The notes beneath the pieces were generated by a model. That model worked only from the letters and a program-made list of their open reading frames with translations. It made no database searches and was not told the DNA's origin. A stretch of DNA of 64,000 bases from Botryllus schlosseri (lineage: Eukaryota): the NCBI GenBank assembly GCA_051294905.1, contig CM119373.1, forward strand, positions 34,224,001 through 34,288,000. Reading direction: 5' to 3'. This document shows, piece after piece, positions 42,701-55,734 of the stretch (position 1 is the first letter of the stretch; the number at the start of each line of letters is the position of its first letter). The translations under genes were made by a program, and so were the position numbers.

Positions 42701-43423
42701 GAGATGCCAGCTAGTATCCTGTTAGCGCCTCATAAGGAAATGATTTCATCCGCTGCGTACTTTGGCGTTAAAGTATTTTCATGCGTACTCATGCCACGGC
42801 CTGCAAGATATGCGATGACTGCTCGCGTGCTCGGTGCAATGCGCGTCAGCAATGTCGTTTCAGGAACTAGGCATTCCCAGTCACAGCACGGAATGGAAAG
42901 TAATTTGTGCATTCAAGCTACTACCGTTCCTGCTACAGCTATGCATGACCCCAAATATAGTAAGTAATACATATGTTGGTAGCGATTAAGCATCACAGCC
43001 GTACTTCCAACCCGCACATCAGACGTGCGTGCAAGCCTGAGGTATGAATATTAGCCCGTAATGTATGCCGTCATTGTCACGTCACACCTCATACGCATTG
43101 TGTTTATGCGACCTTCCAATGTTCAATTCACAGTTAACCACGGCGTTCGGTGCTTACCGAAAAGTTACAGTTTGCGGGACCCGAGTGTAAAGTTACAATA
43201 AGTTGCCGTGTACGCAAACGTAGATTGAATTTATAGCATACCAGATTTGTATAAACTACCAATCTTGTTCGTTGAAGGTTGACCAACTACTCATTAACTA
43301 CTGAATTTTAGTAGTTCTAGTTCTTTGAGGATCTTGAAAAGTCGTTTGGCGTGGATCGTGATACCGGTGTTTTGCTACGTGATGTTTTTGCAGCCATTAC
43401 TAACTCAGAGTCGTCGCTACTAA

Positions 43424-43500
43424 TAGTGGCGTAGCCAGAGGTGGGTTTTAGGGGTTTGAATCCCCTCTCAATTTCAAACTCGAAACCCCGTACTGTTGCA
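43424..43500 (+). mobile_element. Possible PIF/Harbinger-like MITE end (similar degraded end at 23215-23260)
   Basis: AGTGGCGTAGCCAGAGG..GGGGTTTGAATCCCC; no partner end or TSD found. Confidence 0.35.
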
Positions 43501-44850
43501 ATGCCACTTCTATCTTCTATGTTTTAAATTGATGAATCGCATCAGAATTGAGTCTAGTTAGTTGTATATATTTTAGTTAGTCTGTCCGTATGTTCTGCAG
43601 ACCTGCCGCATAGTACAGAGTGCAGTGCGTTGTTTTGGCAAGGCAGTGTTTTGTATAACACAAAATAGCTAGCGTATATACCATAACAACCGGTCATTGC
43701 GGTGTAGGCGTGTAAACTACCAAGAATATTTACGTTACAATGCAGTCTGAAGGAGGTTTGTGCGGGAAGTGATGTCATCACATTGCAGGAAGTGATTGCG
43801 CCGATCTCCGTATGTATATGCGTGAGACCAGTGTCTAGCTTCTCTCAGTTCAAATTTGAATCCCCGCGATCCAGGCGAATGGTCCAAAAACCGACGTCAA
43901 TTTGACGGATCAATTGTGATAAATTCGTGAACTAGTTCCGAATATAAATCTCGAGTGGGAAGAGATTCTTATCTTGTCTAGACACTGATGTCTACATATC
44001 CAATACAGTTCATGTTCACGCTAATTCAGATCTTGTGTGATAGTAAACTTTCCGACTCTACCTTGGGGTGATCAAAGTAGTAAGTATAACAGCGTTGCTA
44101 CTAAAGTAGAAGTAGAGATAACGGCGTAACGCTGTAAATATTTACTCAATTGTGAGTAGAAGTACCAATTCCCAAGTCTTGTAAAACTATTTCAAGTGGA
44201 AAAGTATAAAATGAAAGGGTTCATGCGGTTCTTACGACAGTTTCACTCATATAAGTGATGAAAAACTCGACACGAACAGATCTTTCTACTGTTCAAGGTG
44301 ATTTTGATACAGACATGCTTGTAGGAGACACGGAATGATTTGGAATGCTTCCAACACGATCCGGTTATAATTCCACTGTCGTGTAGCCATATCAATTGCC
44401 GCTGGTAAGCATTTATTCTTGCCAATTTGCGTTAAGGCGGTATTTAGCTAGTCAGGTAAACGACCAGCGATTCCATTGACGCAGCATTGCTGAATGGGCG
44501 ATTGGCCATTGCCTGGAATCCAGAACGCAAACAACATTACTGGGTTTACGCAGGTCGCAATGAGTGCTGAACTTTAGACTTCAATACGAGTTCACGACCG
44601 ATGGGAGGTACTTTAACGATCGATTACCGACAATTGTCACGGTGTAATTTGCGGTGATGGTCGTGCGGTTTTCGAGGACGAATATAACCTGAATTGGTTC
44701 GAATTTGAATGATAATCTGTTAACGTTATCGCGCGCTATATGTTGTAGTTCAATTTGCAGTCTACGTCCCAACAGAATCACATTGAGCATTTATGAGTCT
44801 ACATTTGGACCATATATTCAGGTTCAAATTTTATGTTTATTTTATGCACA

Positions 44851-45423
44851 CAGTTGTGGTCACAGTATAGTCAACGTTTCTACTCGAGTGGAAGTATAGC
44901 GGTAAGGCCGTAAATTCCTACTTGATTACATGTAGAAGTCGCTATCTCCAAGACGTGTCAAAAATGTCAACACTACTTTAAGTGGAAATAGGCAATAGGT
45001 ATGAAAAGTTCTTGCGTAAGTTGCTTTGAAAAGAAGATATGGTAGAGGGCGCCATATTTTTACCAGTTAATCGGAGGTGACTAATTCAGTAATGGCAAGA
45101 TGCATCTTGCCGGCTTAGTCGAAATGACTAATATCGCTACTAATATAGATGCAATTTTGGCAAATATGCTCATCAACGGCTGTGATGGTTAGATCACGGC
45201 TTTGTTGTGACGACTTCACGGATAAAAGAGATGTAGACTTATCCCAAACCTATTATATACTTCACGTCCAAAGTGTCAAAAGTAAGTCGATTTGATTAAA
45301 AAACTGTCCAGATGGAAGCGGTAGTAGTTTGAAAACATATCCACTTGAGTAAGCAGAGCAAGTAGTCACAACCTACTTGAGCACTCGGAAAGAGTGGCAG
45401 TTACTTTATACTGACTACCTCTG
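44851..45423 (-). mobile_element. hAT MITE family A (best-defined copy)
   Basis: Ends CAGTTGTGGTCA / TGACTACCTCTG (family TIR ~CAGAGGTGGTCA); TSD TATGCACA/TACGCACA (7/8); internal GCAAGATGCATCTT and TACTC/AGTAG motifs. Confidence 0.85.
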
Positions 45424-47999
45424 TACGCACAAGAGCAACGTAAAAGTCAGGCGGGAATGACCGACTATGGATATACGCTTTGTTCCAAATTGCAATGTTG
45501 CTTCATAAGGGAAGTCAATTTTGGTGATATTATATTTGATTTCTTTCCTTGTAACTAATAACGTAGAGACATCATATTACTGCAAAGATATTGGAAAGTG
45601 CGATTTAGAATCTTGGTTGTTCTGTACGTGATCCATTGCGATTTGACTGACACCTTATTTCATCTCTAATTTATAATTTACATTTAAGTTCGTTCGTTTT
45701 TTTAGTGAATGAATATTTCAAAGGGTTCGGAGATAACCATCGAAACTCCATTACGTACGTTGGCTGCTAAGTGTGACTAAGTGCCAGCCCGTTCAACTTG
45801 GGTATATTTACTATGTTGTAACGTTCGATAACATCAGCGAAACCGTCATGTGTTACCCGGTCGAACATCTGACAACGTCTGAATTGCGCGCTGTTACGTC
45901 ATAAAAACATAGTAAACTTTCGATAGACAGGTGGTTAGCAGACCAAAACAGTTCGCTTGGTCGCTAATAATTCATGGGGCCTGAATAGGCGAACAACGTT
46001 ACGGCATCTGGCGTGCTGGCGTTCGCGCCAATTTGAATTTTACGAGCCGACCTAGCTCTTCGTTTGCGGATGATTTCGTCACAAACATTCCGTCAATTAA
46101 CGGGATTTCGATACTTCGCGGAACTATTTGGGATTATTAATGGCGTTGTTATGCAGACAGCGTCATCGGTGCATGAGGTCGTTGACTCACAAAGCGCCTC
46201 TACTTGTGTTTACGACATCATTTTGAAACGTCGTTAGTCGCTACTCCCAGCGTTGGACAATTAGAAAATTTTAAGATTTTCGAAATTGGACTAGAATTAC
46301 AATTATAGCTATACCTATTTTCCAAATCGGAATTGAATTGGAATTAATGAATTCGCAAAACTTGAATATTTTAAATCAACAATTCAATTCAGTTCTATTT
46401 GTTGCTAATATTTTCATCATTTCAATACACCACAAGACTGCGATACAATGAAAGATAGGAAGGTGTTCGAAACGACTTGCAGTAGGTTTCAAAATCGGAC
46501 ACCCTCCTGGCCTAGGCGATGTAAAAAAAGGAGCCAAACTTTTACTACAATCGAATCGTGCCCAGCCAATGGTCATTGACAACCCATATCTCATCTATTC
46601 ACAGCACAGTCGGTCAGTACGGGTCACTGTGTCAATGCAGTTGATTTCAAATCGAAGTGTCACGCCCCAACAAGTCTTTTATCTCCAATCCAAATAGGGC
46701 AATGTTAAATTATCTTTTTCCATTGTTATCAACCCCGCGCACCCCATTGACCTTTCGCAACTCCCTGTCCCTTGTCATCGCAGAACAGCTGACCTGTTTT
46801 CTGCACTTGAAAGGGGGGCCGAACGCATTTTCGCTGTTGATTCTGCCTAATCCAAACACGGCTCGACTATATCGGACTCACGCGGCTATTTATTCGCCTA
46901 CACAAAAACGCAGACTACCATTGAGCTAAATCAACGGGCCAGCTCCATTTAAGCCTTTTATCGTTAGTTTACTTTGCACCCAGACCGTTACGATTTCGCT
47001 GACGACAGCTTAAAATAACACTATCGCGTCACAATGGATGTTATGACAACGTAACAAAATCTTTGATTATTACGTTATCGGGTTTTGAATGTCACTGGTC
47101 CTTGATCTTGATATAGAAATGTTTAACCTAGACGGGCGAGTACGCCGGCCAGACATATACCAATATTAGATAAATCGCTGTAAATCTATAGTTATAGGCT
47201 TTAGGCCTTAGGGCTATAGTTTCTGCGATTAGAATGCTAGAATCCGAATAGTCTATCAATTGTAATGATTCGAGCTCACTAGTGAGAGACAGCATTTTCT
47301 AGTACCGAAATTCTTCTTGACGCTAAAAGTCATTTTGTCAACAGAAAATATTGTCTCGATACTTTATTCCTACCAGGAGAGCCTTGAAACTCCAATCAAT
47401 GGCACCACAACATATCCTAAATTTGTGGCACTTCTGTGAAATAGCTATCGACGTCGCAAAGCGTCATCGAATAAGTGTATGGTCCAGAAACGAAAAATTG
47501 TTTTTGATGTGGCGTAAACAGCATCATCTTCTTTACGATATTTGATGATTCCAAGAAGTGCGTCCCAATAATGAGTGGAACTCGAATACTCGACTCGGCG
47601 CCTGATATACAGGTCCTGGCACTCAGGTCCTCGATTTCCCCATACCCAATAATTATAATTATGCATAATAATAACAATTATTATAATTGACGCAGCCCTC
47701 AAACTCAATTTGATTCCGTATTTCAATCTGGGGCACCTGGGATTAGACTTGGCGTTAATGATGTGGGATGACTCAAAACTGACCTCTTTAGTCAGAGGTC
47801 CCCGCGCAATTAGATTTCAATTTCATTTTAATTCGAGTCACCCATTTCATACGTGCTGACAGCAAATTGTCTCTAACCTAAACAACAATTACATTCATTG
47901 TCAAGCAGTAATGTCCATTTTACCTGAGGGCATGGTGAGGGCGTGAAAATAAAGGAGATAGTGGCATAACAGCCAGCAGGCATGCGTTTAAAATCGAGG

Positions 48000-48420
48000 G
48001 ATTTTCCACATCGCCAACACCTGCCTGTAATGGAAGGAAACAGCACAAGTGAGATTAATCGAACATCATAAAACGGCGGCGGACGAAATTAATAATGCAT
48101 ATCTTCTCTTTGTTGCGGGATAACGATAGGATTATGACGTCACACTAATTGACACACGACGGGTATAACTTGTTAATCCGTTACCGCGTGAGACGAGAGA
48201 TATGCAGTCGACGTGTCGCTAACAATGAACATGACCTTTGCCAGACAGCTGCTAAGAGATTTTCGATCACGTGAGCCGGCGCGACCGCGGGTGATCCCGG
48301 GTTCGTGATGGCTTGTCGTGAGCGGGAAATTACCGTGAAACGCGGTGGAAGTGATTGGACAATCGATTGGAAATGTGAGCGTTGGTCATCGGGGTCATGT
48401 GGAAGTGATCATCGATACCT
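48000..48420. promoter_or_regulatory. Candidate distal enhancer or alternative promoter
   Basis: CpG-rich, repeat-free; CRE TGACGTCA at 48135-48142; GGAAGTGAT at 48347 and 48401; two ATTGG (reverse CCAAT). Confidence 0.4.
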
Positions 48421-50149
48421 ATTGACAGAACGAATGACAGAGCCACTATCAGAAAAAAGCCAAATCGATTTCGTGTTTCATGCGATACTATATGTTCGAC
48501 TATGTACTATTTTGAAGTGTTTGAATCCAGAGGTGGTCAGTAATGAAGTACGTCTATTTTTTCCCGAGTACTCAAGTTGACTTTTCTTACTTGCGTACTT
48601 CCACTTCTATGTATGTAACAGTTACCTGTGTGTTAGCAGAATCAAAGAGTTTATAAGATATTACCGTTTTGGATTCTTTTTCTAAACGTGTACAGCATAA
48701 CTTCCATCCCGGAAGAAATATCGATTTAGTACGAACGCAGCGTGTAGCATGATACCGTGTTATATATAAAGAGCCTGAAAGACATTGCCCAATGTTATCA
48801 TATGATTGCTATTAGCGACGCCAGCAGTAGGTATAACAGGAGAATACGAGACGACCACCGTCAGAGCAGGCTTATCCATAAAACAGACGCCAAATGGAAG
48901 TGAGTGTACGCGTTATTATATGTTTACAATCCGCCCTGATCCTTCTAACATTCATTCAAACGACGAGACCGGTTTCATTAGCAAGCGAACTGTATATATT
49001 TTCGATTAGCGACCAGTCACACTTGGAGACATGTTCGATTTCCAATCTGAATGTGCCTATACGCGTTGACGATCGGGAATGGCCGCGCGCCAAACGCGTC
49101 TATTTTCAAGATCGCAAACTTTCGCTCTCAATGCATAGCGGTCTGGAATTTCAATTCTGTGACGCAGGTGAAAACGGAAATGAATGCGATTTTCGCGATT
49201 ACAATATCTTTGCCACAACAGATTGAGACAATATCCATATTGTATATGTATATGGAAATGTGGCGCGCATTGCTCCAAAATGGTCAAGGTCAGTAATGAA
49301 GTACTTTTTGGAAGTACTCGAGTGTGTGATTGCTTACCTGCGCTACTTACTCCAATTCGTTACAATATTGCACTACTCTTCTACTTCTACTTGACTGTTG
49401 TTAGTTTTTTAGTCAAACGTCTGCCTAGAATACTTACTTTTTGACTTAAAATGGTATTATACTCATTTTTAAACACTGCAATGGATGTAAATCGGAGAAA
49501 TGTACGATATTCATAAACAGCTAAGATTCATTGACCCGGATATCATTCTTGAAACCAAGGTCTGGATTCTGAGAAACTCTATCACATACAATACACGAAG
49601 ACAAAGCGGCATATCGATTTAGCATGGTTCGATCCGAACTATTACGTCACAGTCTCCTGTAGTGATCTGGGAAATTCATTATTTCGCAATAAATCGATTA
49701 CATTGATCCGAAAGCCGGCATCGTCTTATTTGGATCAACGCACGGTACTCCTACGCTACCTCGCCATACGATCCAAATCAATAGCGCGAAGGCAGTCAAG
49801 CGCGTTGTTCATCGGATTACTTTTAAATTAATCACGTTTCCTATCTACACAAGCCGGGGCTTATAATTATCGCTGTAAATCGCATTGCGTGAAGCCGCGT
49901 GGGGGTGACGCACGTGATATATCAGCATCGTTGTGGTATTTTATGTCGTTGCACGCAGACAAAAGTTGTGAGTTCTAACTTGACTCGTGGCGTATCAGTG
50001 CGACATTGAATGAGGTGCCGTGCTGTGAGCTGTATGTGATTTGTGAATGCTATAGTGCTCACTATATGTTCAGCTCAGTTTAGCAATAGTTCCGTCATTT
50101 CTAAACACCATGAGATTCGCGATAATATGACAAAGATGCGGGCTTGAAG

Positions 50150-51050
50150 TAATATCTTTCAATCCAGCACCCATCTTTTCGCAGGATATGTATATAAGAG
50201 GCACGTGCACTGAATTAAAAGTAACGCAAGATATCATAAAATGAAGAAAAAAAACGATGAAAACGAATTGGTATGTGTCGGACACTGTCGGTAGTAGAAA
50301 TAGATATGTCGGATCTTGGTCCGGTAATCTCGAGCAGGCTAGTATTCATTCTGTAGAATCTTCTTGTATTTTGAATTGAGTGCGAGCATGCTCCTCAACT
50401 GTCTGATTGTACGCGAAATACTCTTCCACGGTCGCGGTCGGTCGTAATGGACCATAGTTGAAACGAATATGGATTGCTACGGATTGTTCCCTGAGCAGCT
50501 GTAGAATTACTCGTGTCTTGTCTCGAACAGATATAGATAGATCTTCATCAGTCCTTTATAAAAACGTTTATCTTTTCACCAACACCACAAGATTGCGATA
50601 TAATGAAAAGATACGAGGGTGCCGAATACGACATGAGTAGACTTCTAATCAGACACCCACCTTGGCCTTAGAGCAGTGGTTCTTGATCGGGGTTCACGTG
50701 AACCTCGGTGTTCGCTGAGCCAGTCTCTGTGGTTCGTTAGAGGTCAAGAAACATACCAGATTTACAGTAAATATTCATGATAATCTTCTGTTTTGCTTGA
50801 AAATCATGTTTTAATAATTTTGCTGTTATTGATGTACAGTTCATTTTGTTTCCTGGTATTCTACACTATAATATGTGTAATGTTTTAGATTTTTTTCGTG
50901 ACTAGGCGAGAATTTGGTGTTCGCTAACGCTTTTGGAACAGAGTAAGGGTTCACTACGTTAGTAAGTGACAGACACACTGAATGAAAAGTACTATAAGAT
51001 ATAAGAGGACAGTACACGGGCAACAGTAATTTGTGAAACGGCAATCTCAA
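50150..51050 (-). mobile_element. Two tandem LINE 3' ends (50150-50460; 50560-51050, the latter split by the hAT fragment)
   Basis: Both carry the family 3' UTR motifs; CACACTGAATGAAAAGT resumes after the hAT insert at ~50975. Confidence 0.7.
50674..50965. mobile_element. hAT (Charlie-like) MITE fragment inserted in a LINE 3' end
   Basis: Left end CAGTGGTTCT..GGGGTTCACGTGAACC..GAGGTCAA; related fragment at ~36820-36890. Right end degraded; no TSD found. Confidence 0.6.
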
Positions 51051-54000
51051 TGAAAGGTGAAACCTGAAATTTACGAAAGTGGGAATTTAAGAAATCACAT
51101 GAATATATCCGCGATACTCAAATGCTCGAACGGTGTACACGGTATTCATGAATTATTCTGCGCGTGCGCGCGATCGATTGACATTTCGATGGATTCACCC
51201 TCTCCCGGCCGGCACAGCGCTTGTATTTCGACCCTTGATTGGAGAGGCGAATGGAGGGTAGTTGAAGGTATTACATCGATCGCCAGGATCGATATTGCTT
51301 CGAGTAAATTGCACTCGGATACGCACATGCCTGGACGAATTTAACCCTCTCGTCGCTAATGCGGCATTGTTTGAATTCCTCGCGTCGCACGGAAATGCAT
51401 TGTTTATATATTGGTTTGGGTTGAATGGAAAATTTCCAGGCGGTTTTGGGGAGAGGTCGTCACATTTAAGCACAGTTGTGGAGAGCTCAAGTAGTTATGC
51501 CTACTTGAACTGATTACTGGAGTGTTTATGTTTTCGAATTACTTCCAGCACTATAACTTGAGCAGTTTGTAGGCAAAAATGCTCACTTTCTGTATTTCCG
51601 TGTACACTTTAACTGAATATATCTTCGAGGATTGTACCTATTTGTACCTTCATTAGGCGTTTTTCATTAGTCGCGAAGATTCATCTTGCAATTTTGGAAG
51701 TTTTAGACACCCCCGATAAAAGTATACGCCCACTCGATCTAAACCTACTTTTTGAATTACTTATCGGAGTACTTATTATTCCATCATTTCTACTTCTATT
51801 AAAAATAGTTTTGACGGATCTTGGCAATTGCTACTTCGATATGAAAGTGAGTAGAAATTTCCGGCGTTACTTCTACTTGCGTAGCAACGCTGACTGCTTC
51901 GCCCGCCTCCAGTTTTCAGATTAGTTTAGGCGCTTTTATTGACGTTTACATTGGATTTTTGGTAAATTTTCGCACTATCTATAAATACGTTTCATACACT
52001 GTGTTGGCATTTGGATAAATACGGGATTGTACGCCAAAAATTTGTGGAAGTAAGTGAGTATACACAGACTGCGCACTATAATTGGAACCGCATTGACGGA
52101 AAGAACGTTTCCATGGTGATACAGCTTGGATAAATACGGGTTTATACTCCAACAATTGGTAGTGGCACATGAACACGCAGATTGCGCTCCATAATTTGAC
52201 TAGCATTGACGGAGGAGACATTACTACATAGCGATCAGTTTCAGAGTGATACTAAATCCAGCAATTTTCGATTTTGTATTGTGAAATGTCTGATATGGTA
52301 ACGCTTCATAACATCACCATAAACCAACATATATAGTCAAAAACAAACATCTGTTTACCTTGAATTATCTAAGACATATTACAGGAAAACTGATTGACAA
52401 GGATCTGAGGAAATAGAATAACATTGTTAAGTATATAGTCCTAGAAGTATTCGTCTCATAACAATGAGCATCAGCATGATGGCTCAGTATGAGTAGTCAA
52501 TGGGTACCTGGGCTCGAACCGGGGCTTTTGTTCAAAATAGAACCGGAAAGGTATACAGTTATCGTTTAGCTTCTTGGTATGTCCCGTTTTCAACACAATT
52601 TTCCGTCGTGTCAAGCGAATATCCGGATCGGATATCACGGACCCGGTTTTAACACAAAGATTCCGAAATTCTTTCTCCAGATATCACTTGAACTCCATCC
52701 GATGACATATACTTAACGCGACACGAGAGGAGGAAGAGTTATTATAAAGAGCTGCTTTGATTGTACTTGTAGTAACTGCCACGTTGCGCAGATACCATTC
52801 TAATTCAGACACAAAGGGCGTGCGAGAACCGATTTCTAAAGTAAATTATCCGACACAATAATCGTCTCTTACGGGTTTTATTAGCACCCATCGCATTCTT
52901 CTACGGGCCTACATCAATGAATCCGGGCTATTATAGATCGTCCACGTTCAGCGCTGATCAGGTCAGGAGTATTGGTGGTATGTGGGCACAGAATGCAAGT
53001 AGTTGTAGTTTGTGGTCATTAGCAGTGACACAACAAAAATCAAGTTAAGCTCATATTAAATCGGAGTAGGAGCGAGAAAGAATAGTGTCTGTAGACAAGC
53101 TTGGCTTGTTTCGTACTTTGCAATTATCCAGTAGCATTTTCAGGAACACCATAATATAGTTTTAAATTAAAATTAGAGCATAGAGACATTTAAAAATGGA
53201 TTAGAATTAGATAAGTGAAATTTCGCTCTATCTAATCCATAGACAATTATAATTATCTAGCTGTCCACGTCTTGCGTGAAGTCGGTGCTTTTTGAAAGTT
53301 TAACGTCAAAGAGTTTCGCAGATTTGGGATCATTCGTTTTACGATTACGCACGCTGGAGAATTTCAATCAGCGATTGCACCGCATCGCTCTCGTGTGGAG
53401 TCATTATCCCAGTAAGCGGTGTATGAATATTCAACACAAATCCAATGGATAGGATCGAACAGGGTTTAAGCCACGGATCTATACGACTGTACGATGCACA
53501 AAGGCGCAATGGTATATGGGTTTGGTCTTATTCAGGAATCGTGATAAAGACTACCGCACTGGTGCAGCAAGACCAATGTAGCCGAAACACCACGAACACT
53601 AAACCATCCCAATAGTGAATAGTTGATATCAGAAATACTGAGTAACAATAATGGAGTGACGTGGGTGTAGGCTTATAGGAAAGGCGGCGTTCCGTAACCG
53701 ACAATCGGCTTTGTTTGCCCCGAATCACGTCACTAATGGTCGATAATCGCCTGAAAACGTAATAGAAAACTACCCGATTCATTCTCCAACAATGCGATGT
53801 CACGATATATATGTTACCTATTACTATAATCCGCAATCACCAGTACCGAGGCGATCTAGACGCTGTTGCCAGCACCCCGCAATTTCTGCGAAAGTTGTAC
53901 TTGCCTGACTGAGTTTTTGTCATCGCAATGGGGTCTACCACTATGTGGATTTCGTGGGTGTCGTTTGGTACGGGTCTGTCGTGATGTTTTGTAACGACAC

Positions 54001-54249
54001 GGCAGATCTTAGTCATTCTCTAATATTGGCGGAGAATTCCAAGCGGGGTAGTCTGGGACCTTATCCCGATTCACACAGAGAATGGATGAAAACAATAGCT
54101 TTCGCAGGGTCTTTTGCGCTACAGCTGGTGTTGCTAGCACCGGGTGCAGTTTATGAATAATTTCATCATTTGCATACGCCGCAACATGGCGAGAAAATGA
54201 ATGGATAGGAAAAAGTCGCACGACTTGGAATATTCTTTCAATGCACACT

Positions 54250-54450
54250 GTACAGTGGAATAATATTTTCAATTATTCATATTATTTAAATAAACCTAAA
54301 TTCTGTCGGCTGACACTCGTCAGGGGCAATCGTCAGCAACTAGTCGAGAATTGGATTCAACTAAAGAACAATTCTCTACTCATTACAGGCGATTACCCCT
54401 AACGAGTGTAAACCGAAAATGTTAGTGTTATTTCAATATGAACATATCGT
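54250..54450. repeat. Family B foldback repeat ~1 kb upstream of the IER ATG
   Basis: Forward arm to 54355, reverse arm 54380-54445. Confidence 0.8.
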
Positions 54451-54779
54451 GGTCTCGTAGCTCCAAGAGTTGCTCCAACTAACCTTTCAATCAAACACCC
54501 ACCTCTTCGTCTGGTGTCCAGACTGTTTTAAAAGGCCGATAGTCATGTACCTTATCTTTATGCGACCCGGATTTAAACAAAAAAGCTGTAAACACGCCAG
54601 CAGACTGTTGAGTCTATTTAGAGCGCAGTGTTTATCAACAGTGCGAATTCCCAATTCGCAGAACAGCGGCACGGATCAGTAAAGGGTTAAGTCACTTAAG
54701 CAGCCGCGATATATTAAATGTCATCTTAGTCGATAACACTCAAACAGCGAAATGTATACAGCGTCCAGCGGCCTTTATC

Positions 54780-55250
54780 TTTACAATATCCAGATAAGTC
54801 CCCTAGAAAGATAACAATGCCCTATCCGCCGTGGCGTGGCGTGGGACGATCGATCTATACGCGGAATTTAAAATAAGGAGAGAGAGCCGCCAAGTGCTAA
54901 CAAAAGCCTGGCGTTTTCCTTCCGGCCAGTTCGAGAGAGGCGGGGAGCTGAAAAAGAAAAAAGAAACGAGACAGTCTATAATTGGCGAGGAATAAAACTA
55001 CGTAATCCGTTTCCCGCAAGCATGCAGTTTGATAAGGCCGCGACACCGGCAGGATGTGCGGTACGCTGGCCATTGTATTGCAGTTTTCTTTGCTTGTGAA
55101 ATATTGCAATCTTAGTTGTAGTCGCGGATATAACGTGTAAATGAGTTTGCATATAATATTGCACGGAAAATGTCAAATAGCTGATAATAGTCTGGACGTA
55201 TTTTAATAACGAAGAATTCGTGGATTGCGACCAGAACAATTTCGTCGGTG
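54780..55250 (+). promoter_or_regulatory. Candidate proximal promoter of IER-family gene
   Basis: CpG-rich stretch upstream of the ATG with (CGTGG)x3 at 54830-54844, GC-box GAGGCGGG at 54937-54944, TTCCTTCCGG ETS-like site at ~54916-54925, E2F-like TTTCCCGC at 55010-55017. TSS not determinable from sequence. Confidence 0.5.
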
Positions 55251-55433
55251 CCTCGGCGAAGTCACGAAATTTCTCCGGTCTCGACGCTTAGAATCAAGCG
55301 AGGGCGTGGTTTAGTTACTGTAGTATTCAGCAAGTGTTCATATCCTATTATCTTTATCAGGTATATACTAAATACCCAACCTACTACTGAAACAGGGATT
55401 CGGATAACCCCGAGGAATATATTTTCAATCAAG

Positions 55434-55734
55434 ATGGTGATAAACATGGACGTTGAACTTCAAAGACTGATATGCGTGTCAGTGGAAAAGATGACACGAG
55501 AACCCGTGCCTTCGCGAAAAGGGAACGGCCTGGATTTACGCAAGGCGTTGCTGGTAGCGCACGTATTGCAAGACATGCGGACTGCGTACATCGCCGACGA
55601 TTATAAGGTTTTGGTTAACACTGTCTGCCCGAATATGAACGGCGAAGAAATTGAAAGGGCCATACTCAGGCAGGAATATAACGAATCGTTAACGGGCGAC
55701 GTATTGAATCACAAAAGAGCAAAATTCTTATCAG
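55434..55734 (+). CDS. IER5-like: IER-family (immediate early response) gene, coding exon 1: N-terminal IER domain
   Basis: ATG in strong context (aagATGG at 55434; second in-frame aacATGG at 55446). Translation MVINMDVELQRLICVSVEKMTREPVPSRKGNGLDLRKALLVAHVLQDMRTAY resembles, from memory, the IER2/IER5/IER5L N-terminus pattern (..Q.L...S..KM..SR..RGG..L.K.LLV..VL...R..Y). Ends at donor cag|GTAAAT, phase 1. Paralog cannot be assigned. Confidence 0.88.
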
